Assembly: GCA_964035545.1 (NCBI GenBank) | Contig: OZ037770.1 | Location: 4,434,662 to 4,498,661, forward strand | Direction: 5' to 3' | Source: Bugula neritina | Taxonomy: Eukaryota > Animalia > Bryozoa | DNA length: 64,000 nucleotides | Shown: in pieces, positions 1 through 12,514 of the stretch | How the letters are laid out: each line of letters starts with the position of its first letter | Position numbering within the stretch: the first letter of the stretch is position 1 | Notes under the pieces: generated by a model | Told to the model about the DNA's origin: nothing | Seen by the model: only the letters and a program-made list of their open reading frames with translations | The model's database searches: none | Position numbers and translations under genes: made by a program

Positions 1-1800
1 GTTTAACAATTAAACGTTATCTTTAGTAGAAATTTTGGTTTGACTTTGTAGTTTTTCAAGTGCAAAGTATAATGAGCAGGTTACAAAATGCTTGTATGCC
101 TAGAATGAGTGCTGTATAGTTCCAGGGTCTATAAATCATAGAATTATGTTGTCTTTGATCTATTATATTATATTATATTACAAGAGTATTATAGGTATTA
201 CGCAATCATCCCTCACCTTCAAAGAGATCTGCATTTAATGAATAAATAATTGTAAACTTATTATTTCATAGGCGGTATAATCTTATTAACTTTTGAAACA
301 AAAACTACCTAATATAATAAGGCTATATAAATAGAAGAAATATGTTTTAGGTATATAACACATGCATGTATTGCAAGGAATGTTGCAAGAATTATGGCAT
401 GATATTGGAAAATTAGGCAACAAATTCTGAGTGTATTCGTTTGTAGTTATATGAATATTTTGGTAATTATAATAGTCAATTGTGTTTCTAAAAACTGTTT
501 GAATAATTTCTAGAAGCAATACAATAATATATGATCACATCAGGCTCTGGCTATGTGTAGACAATATCAGGATACAAAGTATAGAATAGTTTTGACAAAA
601 GCAATTATTATTCAAACAAACAAAATTAAATATACATAAACAATTTGTAAGTTTAAATTAATTTTTTTAGGTGATATAAACTAAGTTTGTTTTTTGGTAA
701 AGCATTCAGAAGGTATTTACTCTTATTACTCATTGCTCACGGCCTTATACCTATAACAATTTAAATTTGGCTTAGTTTCCATTCAATTCAAATATAAAGA
801 AAATATTTCCTATACAAATATTGAGTACGCAAAATTTCCCCTTTGAAACTATTGCTTTATTTTGTGAAGCAACACATTGTGGTTTTGAAACTGTAGCCAC
901 ATCACTATTTCATTAAATATTTTGGCACAGGTCAGAAACATTCAATAAAAAAGAATTTAAATAAATTGGCAAAATATGCATATTTTATGCATTCGAATAA
1001 AATATTCTTTATCTGACATTATTTTAAACCTACAACAGAGCATCGTAACTTGTTGATAGAGAAACTCAAGAGCTGCCGGCATGGGTGTAACACATATATT
1101 GTTTAGTTTTGACATCTTTACAATGCAGCATCTCAAAACCTGACAGCTCTCCAAACACTGGACCCTACGTCACCACAGTTTTGGTTTCACATGAAAGCAA
1201 AGGGCTAGTAGGATCTATTGATATGCAAATTTAAACTATAAATTACAAAAATGTCAGCAAATTAAAATAACTTGACAGAAATATTTTGAGTATTTAAATT
1301 TAAGCCTTACAAATACTATCAAGCCTTTCAGCAAACTCTTTGAAAGCCAGAAAATTTCTTTTCTACTGATTCTGAATAAAAATTCATATTTGAAAAAAAA
1401 CATTTATGAAGTAAATTATATTGCTTTTGACTAACATAGTATCTAAACGGGTTGTGTACAATGTATATATCAGTTTCTATAGTTTTGTTGATTACTTTAA
1501 TTTTTATATTTCACTAGTCTCAAACTTGTTTCAAAAATTATGAATACTATATAATAAAAAATGCTTAATGATTTGATATAAATCGATTGAAAAAAGAAAT
1601 AAATCTTAATATATTGAGTTCGAAATAATATTTTATTAATTTTAATCCTTGCAAACTTTAAACTAAATTTGAAAATTATATAGCAGCCTTTAATTTAGAT
1701 GAATAATAAACTACAAATTTGTAATCATTGTAATCATTTTATTTGCAGTAAGGATCTTTTACTGATGCAGCATTTCTTGCAATATTATCTACTTTTATAG

Positions 1801-4800
1801 TCATTTCTTCGGGAAATCCCCAACAAACTGTGTGACGACAGACTTTACAATCATTGGGCAGCCATTATCAATGATGCAGACGACAATAATGAGCGAAAAG
1901 TTGAGCGAATCAAAAGGTGAGTAAAATGCATTCGAATCAAGTTAAGCACTGTAGTAGTCGAGTAGTCAATATCAGCTTAAATGCTGTTATACATCCTGTC
2001 ATTACTTATAAGGTGAAACCAGTGTATCATAGAGTTATAGTTTTCCCCGAGTAATTCCTGTAATGTAATAATTAGCATTCTGGCATGTGAATTAAAAGTC
2101 TGGGGTTTGATTTCATGTGGGGGCAGCAACTTTTACACATTGTAGTGCTTGATTTTGTATGGTAAGACAATATCAACACTATCTCATAACTCATTTTGTA
2201 TTGTGCAGGTCAACAAAACAGAAGAGCTTTTATAATGATCATTTATAAAATGTTACATAACTGTTTCATGCGATTAATCAATCTGGTCAACTCTATAAGT
2301 TTAAGGAACTGATAGAATAAAGTAGTAGCTGCATGACAGTAGATATATAAATAGGTGATTCATTGCAGTGCATGTAAGTGCATCACTTTGATTGTTGTAA
2401 AATGGATGATGGTTAGGCTGATAATATCAATCAATACTTGAATCAATAAAATCAATGCTAATAGGTGAGGTCTATATTTGATCTATAATTAGAGTATTGT
2501 TACTTGATACTTAATTGTTAGATAATAGCCTAACCTGTTGTACTTATAACTTTTGCAATAAATTATATCTCAGTTTGCATTAGTTGAGATTATATTCACT
2601 ACATCAAGCACCTGTTCACAATAGGCCATATTTTACATGGCTACTGACATGGGCTGACATAAAAGCATAGCTTTTCTACAAAAGCGTTTTGCTGCGCAGC
2701 AAATTCACAGCAACATGCATGTGGCTTATAAAATTGGAATATCAACCAATATTAAAACATGAAATTATACAAACAAGCTATAGTAATACCTTTTGTCGAT
2801 TATCCATATGCACATATTTAAAAAATGGTATATTTTTATATAATTAATATCTCAACTGAATTAGAATGAAAAGTTTAAGTTTGGATTTCACTACACGTAA
2901 TGTTGTTGGTTTAAGCTTACAATATGTTTTTGAAAAAAAGCTTTTGTATGTTTTATTTTTTGCTTATAATTATATAAAAACATGCATTATTAAGAGTTTT
3001 TTTTTATTATTCAACTTTTTATGTTCACAAAAAAGCAAATGTGCAGCTGAAAACATCAAAGCATACTCAAAGCAGCGCAACGTCACTGTCAAATCATTTT
3101 AAACTATACAATTATATGTTTTCATGAGTCATAAAAATACTAATTTATGTATGAAAAAATTTAATTTAATACATATCAAATAATTTTTTTGCATAAAGCA
3201 ATATTTATGCAAAAAGCATAATAAATTATTTTTATAAATATTACTTGCATTATAATAAGTAATAATTGTATATAGAATGACATGCATATATTAACTGCAT
3301 AAAGTTTTATAACATATGCAACCTGGAATTGTGCCTTACACCTTATATAAGTTTTGAATAGACATTATTGTTACAAATTATATAAATATTATAGCTATAA
3401 ATATCTTTGTCAATTTTTCCCTGTACTTTTTAAAACTTAAACAAATTTTATTTAGTTTAATTAATAGTTCAAGAAAAAAACGCAAATTTAATAAGCAGAG
3501 AGTTTTTTGCAGTCTTATTTGATAAGAAGCTTTGAGGGGTTTTTAATAACTTTTGTCTATTTTGTCTGGGAAAAACAGTTCATCACCGGTGAAATGCATT
3601 TTTGTAACATGAAAAGTTTTCGAACCATTTTCAAAATAACAAATAAGTTTAGAACAAGCTGCTGCATATCTTTAATCTAATAAAACAAATGTTTGCAGTA
3701 TTTTAACATTTTATTATATAATCAAAACGGTTTTTTCTGCCCAGAGCTGACGACCTGATCTGATAATTGCAATCAATCTGTAAAAAAAGGCCGCATATTT
3801 AAATTTATCACTCATAAACATATCAATTAGACTTCACGTCAGCTGCAAAAATGTATAAATCTAGGGCAGCTGCATCAACCTATTTAAAGAATTGGTTTGC
3901 ACTTGCACAGGTTTATTGTCAATTAATAGGCGTACCGTTTTTAGGCAACTTGTTTATGAGAAGATTTTGTAAGAGTCGGGTTCGGCACCGCCTACAACAG
4001 CCAGAGATAAGATATTTTAAGTTACAAAAGTTAAAACCACTTAGGATTGTCAAATGTTGGTATTGTGTTGTTAACTTTAGAAGCTCCCCATGTCAGAATT
4101 AAAGTGTTAAGCAGGATGTTAGGAAAAGAAGCCATTCACAGAGTTCCTATTTTTATCACGCCATGCATATCATTGCTCTTGCTGCAAGGTGGGAGCTCAA
4201 AAAATGCCGTTTCAGTATTGATGAAAGTTGTTCCCATTGAAGTGCTGCATGAGCAGAAAAAAGTACAGGGAATAACTAGTGAGCAAACATCAGCCTACAT
4301 ATAGTGCTTCTTGTCAAATCAATTTTTTTGAAAATATATATGTAACCACAAGCACCAGCCAATAAAACAAGAGAGTAATTTTTCAGAGTTGTTTCCTTGT
4401 GTTATAGGGTACTTCTTTTAGCAAGAATCACCATTGTCAAAGTCATGAATAAAAATGAATACAAGTATTTAATTATATCTCAAAGAGGTGGTATTGTAAC
4501 TTACAGGTTTTTATAAACAACACTTGTAAAATATTGTATATAGTAAGTAAAAGTTTGAGCCTCATCTTATGAATTAAAAGGATAACCGCAATAGTACTCT
4601 GCATAATATAGTTAATAAAGGTTTTATATACCTGGCGAAGAAAGCACAACAGAATTCTTGGAAGTTTTGAATTTTATTTGCTGCATAAAATTAAAAATAT
4701 TGTTAGTAGTTCTAATTATACATCTCATGAAACTGCCAAAATAACTTGTTTTACACACAATCACTCCGAAAGAATTTCTTGTTTACAGCAAAATTGAGAT

Positions 4801-7800
4801 ACCAACGCACAAGAGAATATAATAATCATGCATTCAAATAATTAATTAATTACGTTATCAAAAGCTGATCTTGTGTACTGAATTTTTTTCATTGTAGAAT
4901 GCTCTACCGCCTTCCTCAGGCTAACCAGCTCCTCCTCAGACACTTAGTCTGTGCTCTTTACAAGATCCAACAGAACTCTACCGAGAACCTCATGACAATC
5001 TCCAACCTCTCAATTTGCCTGGGTCCTTGCCTACTCTGGACTAAGTCTACCAACAGCAAAGACATTGAGAAGGCCAGCAAGACTGTACCACATCTCATTG
5101 AATTTATAATAAAACACTGTGTAGATATCTTTGGCAGAACAATGGCAATGATGTTGAGTACGGATGACAGCGGCCTATTGCGCAATACCAGCTTATCCAT
5201 GGACTCCATATTCTCCGAGAAACCCTGTTGTAAGTTTGTGGACAGTTCATGCCAATCTATAAATAGGCTAAACGACCAAATATGCAGACGGTTAAAATCT
5301 CCTTCTCACCTTTCTTATGACTCTGGACTTATACTAGATGACGCATCACATGATGGAGATATCAATGTTGATACAAAGACTTCTACTCTAAAACATCAGC
5401 GTTTTAATTTATCATTGGACAGCTTAGATTGCCAAGGTTATGTCTCTAGTGAAGATACAATAAAGTACAATAATAACAACAGCTTCTACGCAAACACAAA
5501 AGATTTACTTCCCCCTGTGACGAGTAGGAGAGATGTTGAAAACGACTATCACAAGTGCACTGATAACAACAGACAGCCAGAGGAGCTGAGTAAGACCATG
5601 AACAAAGACAGTAAAACTGCCCTCATGCAAAAAAGGTAAAATATGTATTTTAAATTTACAGGTTGTATAATTTATATAATGCCAAGCTATAAATAATTTT
5701 ATTACGTCGTGTGAAAGTAACTTAAGGAGCTAGTGGTTAGCCCACTACATGGCTTAGTACAAACAAACCCTTTAGTAAATAAAGGCCTTTGATAATGTTA
5801 TAAGTAATATTATGGTTCTTTTTGTCGCAATAGAGTGCAAACCCTTAGCCTGCCTAAAAACTCTAGGTGTTCTCACGAGAATAATGGCTATAAACCTGTG
5901 TGGGTTACATAAAGCGCATCACATATACAATTCGATTTACTCTGCAGCTAAGCCAATTGAAGCTGCTCGTTTAGCCAGATATAGAAGTGATCATTTCTTC
6001 CCTATAATTGAGAAACTCATTGTTGAATATATATACGCTGCAAAATACATGCTGTTTACCATGCAGGTAAATTATAGACTACAACTAAGTTATAGGGTGA
6101 GCAAAGTTGGAGGGGGAGGCCAAGCCTCCCTCTCTTTCTGCCCGTTCTATCATATAGCAGATCAATTTCAATCACAAGTAAAACTTCAAACTATAAAGTT
6201 TCATTTAGTCATTGAAAGCTAAAATAGTTTTAGTCATCAATAGAATATTAATGCAGAAATTAGAAGATTATACCAAAAGTAATGAGCTGCAACAGAAATG
6301 TATGTTTCAGGGAACACAGATTGTATTTAGTTTCATCATTGTTAAAATCCTGTTACAATAAGCATTCAGTGGTAATCATTGGCCTTTCATTTTTGTGTTT
6401 GAAGAGGTGTTAATAGTGAATAACGTTATAGAAATATTCAAAATATGCAACAGGCAAGCATATCTGATGTATCAATTAATTATGTGATTGATTATATTGA
6501 GAGTATATTGAAGGCATTATATCTATATAACACAATAGCAATGAATAAGCATGATATACGTGAAAACAATTTGTGTGATATGCAACGTCATTGTCGTCAA
6601 TCAACCACGCAACCCACGGATACCAGCTTTGAGCAGTTAACTGCTGATTCCTTCCTTCTGGTAAAGAGAGCTATATTCATGTTTATCAATTGAAATATCA
6701 AAGTGATTACTGATTACAAATAATAACATACTGAATATGTTTACAATTAATTGCATTCCATAGCATTTGAAAATTGTTAACTTGAATCGGTCACCATTTT
6801 AGTCGAACTTTTGAACATTCTTCCTCTGAAAACATAAAGTTAGAACAATAAGTAAATAATTTGTGAATTTACAGAACTCCGTGTCTATGCTTTATACTTT
6901 ATAACAGCCCAAACTCTATACAATCTAGCTCTACATTCTATACTTTATACTTTATAGTCTATATAATCTATATTCCATAATACCCATTATATATATATAT
7001 AAAGTAAATAGTATATATACTATTTACTTTATATACTATGTACATAATGTACTTTCTTTGAAGCACTCTACAGTCTATGCTTCATAGTCGATAGGCTTCG
7101 TATCCCATAATCTATGGTCTAAGCTTCATATACTCTATATTATTATACTTTATAATATAGTTTTATAGCTTGTATAGCTATATAATATACCCTATATACC
7201 TTTAACACTGTACACTCTATATCCTGTAGTCTAAACTCTATAATCTGTAGTCTAAACTTTATACCCTGTAGTCTAAACTCTATACCCTGTAGTCTAAACT
7301 CTATATACTGTAGTCTAAACTCTATAATCTGAAGTCTAAACTCTATATCCTGTAGTAAATTAAACTTGTACTAGTTAAGTATTTAAATTTTCTATGCTTT
7401 ATATTCAATAGTTTAAACTCAATGATTTTGTGCTAGCTTCACACTCTATAATATATAGCTCAGATCTAAAAATATCTATCTATGCTATATGATGGATAAT
7501 TCAGAGTGCATGCTGTTACTGCTCAGAGAAAGCTCACAGCAAGATATGACAACTCCTTCAGTATTAGACTGAAAGTTCTGATATACAGTGACTTTAACAC
7601 AACTGAAACTGCAACTATAAACTAATATGTCAATACTGAAAACTATAGATGGCCATAAAGTGGAGCATGCTTCGTGAATGGGAAAACCCGATGATTGCCC
7701 CGCTGGGATTCAAACCCAAGACCTCTGGCTTGCAAGCACGTGTGCTAACCATTACACCACAGGGACTACTGGGTTATAAAATCATCTCTACATTCCACCC

Positions 7801-10800
7801 AGTTTTCTGAACTCCACTGGCCTACTTACTACTCCTTCAGTCTTCAGGCTCCCCTGGCTACTCAGCTTCCTCGAAGTATTACTACTACTACACTTCACTA
7901 AAAGCCGAAATAGCTTGAAAAGAAATTGCCCCCACTGGGATTCAGACCCATGCAAGACCTCTGGCTTGTAAGCAAGTGAGCTAACTATTACACCACAGGG
8001 ACCACTGGATCACTACAAATACAAAGCCCTATATGAATGGCCAATGATATTAGTATTATAAAATATAGGGACTTTTCAGTAATTTACACAATGAATACAT
8101 TCCCATTGCTTGCATTATGTTCCGGATTTTTCATTCAATGTTTGGCAAAAAGTCAATTGAATAAAACCACAACCATAGATTAATGCAAACCAAAACCACA
8201 AATCCATCCATACCAGCACTAGTACCAGATCCATTTGAAGCAATGAAAACCCTGTGAATATCAAGTCATACACATCAGAATATTCACATCAATGTTACGT
8301 GAAGCTTCCAAAATGCATTAAACTGTATCACAACATGCAAATGACACATAATATCATGCGTATTTAAAGTACACTGTCACATTTGGTATGATATTAATGT
8401 TGAGAATACTTGCTGCTGTGATAGTTATTCAATAAGCTCAAATGATGTATACAGACATCACTGTAATAGAAAATTTTGTTTTTTGTCTCAGGTTACGGTG
8501 CTGACTTTGGTTTGAAAGTTCGACAAGCATAACTTGTTTAATTTGAAAAAGCGTTTCCACAGAACCAAACGCAAATAGTTTTATAGTGTTTAAAATCTAC
8601 ACTAGAATAAATTTGCTAGTAGTTATGTTGACTATTCTAAATAACTACAATTCAATTGAGATACTACATTGTGTACTAAAGGTGAATGAAGATATATCTT
8701 AGGATAATACCAACCTATTATTATAATACACCATTCAACTATATATTAGACTACTGCAGCCTAATTTATTCCGTATCACCTAAACTGCAGAATATTGGGA
8801 AGTAATTTTTTATGTTACAAATGACAAGAATTTACAGCTTTTTATTTTGAGAGTAATCAATCATTATGTATATAATGTATTCAGTGGCGATCTCCATTTA
8901 ATTCACACTGGCTCTGCTTCTCGTATTAGAACAGCTATAATACTGGGATGTGAACCAAAATGGTCAACACTTGCCTAAGGGTTTTATAGTTATAATTGTT
9001 TTCTATCAACAAAGTATCTTAAAAGCTCTTAATGGTTAAAAAGTTATATCCACAATTTGGAACTCAAACTCACCAACGTTTATAGTGGCCATCCCTGTGA
9101 GAAAACCCCTAATGAAAGGAGTTTTGTGAAGTCAGGAGAGGACTTATTCAGATGAGGCCCAGGAGCAATATGACTGGTTGCTCTTCCTAACATCACTAAT
9201 GACCTTTGATTCGAACCAGTGACTCCGTGCTTACTAGGCAAATGCTTTAACCCCTAGATTATGGCTGCTTTTAGAACTTAATTCCTGGCTAATTATTGGT
9301 GAAATTTTAGCAGTTTCCAAATACAGTTATACCCAGCAATTTGTTAGTACGTAGACAGCAGAAAAACTCATTAATTGTTATTCTTGATATGCCTACCACC
9401 TATTTGTGTTTATCCACCACTTTTGTGTTTATCCACCACTGCACCGTTTGCCAGGTCTAATAATTATTCTACCTCCATATATATGCCGCCCCAACTAAAT
9501 TGAACAAGTGTGAATAATTAAAACATAATTGCGTAACTGTCTATGAAATGTCCCCAGGATGTCCACTTTGCTCACGTCTTTAATTAGAAAGGATAAATTA
9601 CTTTAGGTTCGTATCCGCACCTTAGGACCGGCGCATGGTGCAGGTGGAGCGTTAAACCTGTATAGCTCAATGTAGTAGACATGTATACGTGCTATATATT
9701 CTTACTTGGAAGCACAAGTGTTATTTTGAACCTGAAAGTATGCATGGAGGTTCCAAATTTCAATGCATTTATAAAATTTAGTTTTAAAACTAATCGACTG
9801 GTATGTTACCCAGCATTGGGGGTCAACTTCCAAACATTCCTAATAAATGGAGCACCTTTTTTGTGCTAGTTACTATTCTACATATGTATTATAGACCAGC
9901 TCGTTTGCCATTTCTAAGCAATTGAATTATCTAGCCACATTAATTCATTTTATATACCAATGGCTGCCAACGCATGAGATGAATCTGAAAATGTTACAGT
10001 AGTCATCTAAGTAATGTAAAACCTATCAATAGTTTTTGTTTATTTAATAGAAATACAGTTAACATCCCAAGAAGACGAACACGGCCATCAATTCTTCCGG
10101 AAGACTCTATGACAAGAAAGCCGAGCGTCATGTATGACAAAGTAGTTTACAGATACATCTCAGACTCAGCTTCTCCTTCTGTCATGTCTACTCCTACGGG
10201 GACCTTCTTCAGCTTACCCCGACCAGCTCGAAGATCCAAGGCTTCAAATATCTTACCAAATTCCTCGCACAGCGGCCCTCAGCTAGCACCAATCACATGT
10301 GGACAATCAAAATGGAGATGCGAGGAAGAGCCAATGATTGTCACCGACACTATTGACTGCGTCACATCCTCGCAAGTCCACAACAAAGCTTTGAGAAGCC
10401 CCTCAACTGTCTACCTCCCTAGAACAAAGAGTCTTCAGCCATCACCCGTTTATCAAAATGTCAACACAATCTGTCAAATTGATGCCCCTATTTATGAGAA
10501 TAGCGAGATTTATGAGCAAGTCGAGAATAAAACACCGGCAGCTAGCGTCAGCAAACCATGCCCGGTGTATGAGAACTTGACCTATCACAAGAGGCCACCG
10601 GCTGTTCAGATAAGAAGACGGACCTTCAGCTCTGGCAACAGGAATCAAGTACCTGTGCAAGCACCTGTCCCACCTGTCACAAGGCAAGTCAACAAATCAA
10701 CATCAAAAACAGACAAGCACAAATATTCCACTACGAGTGATATAGTTGATAGCAAAATGCCTTCCAAACAGGTGAGACTCATACCTATGGGAGGAAACCT

Positions 10801-10957
10801 GCTCAATGATGTCAAAAAAGGGCCTGGAGTAATTTATAATACAAAGATAAACAATGCTACCTCCAGAAAGTCCAATTTTAATCATAGCACACATCGGAAA
10901 ACTAGCAACTGCAATGAGTCGAGACAACTCTTAAATGAAACTTGTTATTTTGTATAG
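1801..10957 (+). CDS. RhoGAP-domain protein, ARHGAP20/TAGAP-like; 3' part only (exons 1801-1916, 4898-5635, 10051-10957)
   Basis: Exon 1801-1916 reads SFLREIPNKLCDDRLYNHW. The next exon reads LPQANQLLLRHLVCALYKIQQNSTENLMTISNLSICLGPCLL, a classic RhoGAP C-terminal helix set. All junctions are GT-AG with consistent phase 2. A long low-complexity tail ends ETCYFV*, like the ESYI/V-type end of this family. Upstream exons are not in the window. Confidence 0.88.
2057..2128 (+). mobile_element. Degenerate tRNA-derived SINE head
   Basis: Decayed copy of the A-box/B-box head seen at 7696-7766 (cctgtaatgtaataattagca...ggtttgatttcatgtgggggca). Confidence 0.45.
6996..7035. repeat. 40-bp perfect palindrome
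   Basis: tatataaagtaaatagtata|tatactatttactttatata is self-complementary. Confidence 0.9.
7205..7355. repeat. Minisatellite, about 21-22 bp unit (ctgtagtctaaactctataccc)
   Basis: About 6 tandem copies visible in the RhoGAP intron. Confidence 0.85.
7696..7766 (-). mobile_element. tRNA-derived SINE head or tRNA pseudogene
   Basis: Minus strand reads tccctgtggtgtaatggttagcac...gggtttgaatcccagcggggca, with A and B boxes but imperfect stems. Related copies at 7926-8003, 46166-46228 and 2057-2128. Confidence 0.75.
7926..8003 (-). mobile_element. Second copy of the same tRNA-derived SINE head
   Basis: tgcccccactgggattc...gacctctggcttgtaagc...tacaccacagggac matches 7696-7766 with a small insertion. 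Confidence 0.7.
9075..9270 (-). mobile_element. tRNA-derived SINE, second family (Meta-like core)
   Basis: Reverse-complement homolog of 13781-13990, sharing ggacttattcagatgagg..caggagcaa.atgactgg.tgctcttcctaacatcac. Confidence 0.75.
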
Positions 10958-12514
10958 TAAATACCTACTACTGAATCATTTCCTATACTCTATAGGTCGA
11001 TGCCAAAGTATGTACGAATGATAACATTTAGATACATGCCAAAAATGTGTAGCGTAGTTGTAAATAGCCAAACAACATACATGTACAAATGTGCTTTCAA
11101 ACTGTTATGCAAGTATTTCTTAATAGTTATGTTCAAAGCTAATGTATATATTATATATACTTTATTTTTGCATTATAATACTGTATAAAATGCTATTATA
11201 ATATATCAGCAAGTTCATTCACACCTACTCTACACCAAAACAGGTTATCATAGTTTAAATACTGGAAAATAAAATATTTAATGAATTTCAAAGTAATTTG
11301 TAAATAATTGCATAGTAACATAAACAATGTAATGTATAAATTATGCACATAACTTGGGTAAAAAGTTAAATCTAATACATGATTAAATAATAAAATTGAG
11401 CTTCATGACATGTAACAACTACATAAAATATCTTTAATAAATGTATAATATAAAAAATATCGAAACATAATATTGCTTAAAATAATGCATAGTTCTGAGT
11501 GTAACCAAACATACAATTGCTAAAAGCAGGAAAAAAGATATAAAAACAAGTAGTTGTAACAGAAGGATGTGAATGTATTAAGTATAAAGAAAAGATAATA
11601 TAATGTGCTGCTCAGTCACTGCAAGTTACTTAAAAACCGGTAAAAAAGATAAATCTAAAATCGGTGCTTTATCCAATACTTGAATTTTATCACAATTAGT
11701 TCATAGGTAAACAGCGTGACAGCCCTAGAATGATTGTTGCAAATAATTACCGTGACAGCATTAAGTGAAGCTTTTCTTAAAAGTTAATATCATTTCTATC
11801 ATGCCAAAGTGAAAATACAACTAGAAACATTTTGCAGCTTGAAATAGCATGGAAGTCAAATGTAAGATACAATTTTAAACGTTGATGTAAATTCATATGT
11901 AATCGCCACGTGATTTGCACACGTCCAGCACAATTGACATCAACTGGAGCTAAATTTAGAATAACTTTTTAAAAGGTAGACAGAAGGTCTAATTTCAAAT
12001 CTATTTCATCAAATCCAATGCCACAAATATTCAAATTCCCGGTTCACAGTTGGAATAATTTTGTCAACTCGGTTTGTCTCCCAGAAAAGTGACGAAATCA
12101 TTTCAAGGCACGACAAAAAAACTGCATATGACAAAATATAAAAATACTAGTATTTACACAAATCTGCATTGCATATTAATCAAAGTATCGTGAAGTTGCA
12201 ACCAACAACAAAATACTTGTTGATAAAAAATTAGGAATTTTACCGCAATTTAGAATAATATTACACCAAATGAGAAGAGCAATAGTGTGTCCTCAGCAAA
12301 TGCCAGCTGCTGTAGCAATTGATCAAACAAATAACAATAATAATAATAATATCAGGAATTGAAACTTCAGTCTATGTGAGGACACAACTCCCAATCTTCA
12401 GGAAAATGGGGCGCCTGCCACAGAATGTAGTATTGCTAATAAAGAGGAGGTGACAGGTTGTCATGGAAGAGGGAGCACCTGCTGCTGATTGCCATGTATC
12501 AAGAGTACCTGCTA

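Noticed and set aside
7696-8003. Possible functional tRNA genes
   Set aside because: Imperfect acceptor and anticodon stems, a degenerate T-loop and several decayed dispersed copies indicate SINE heads.
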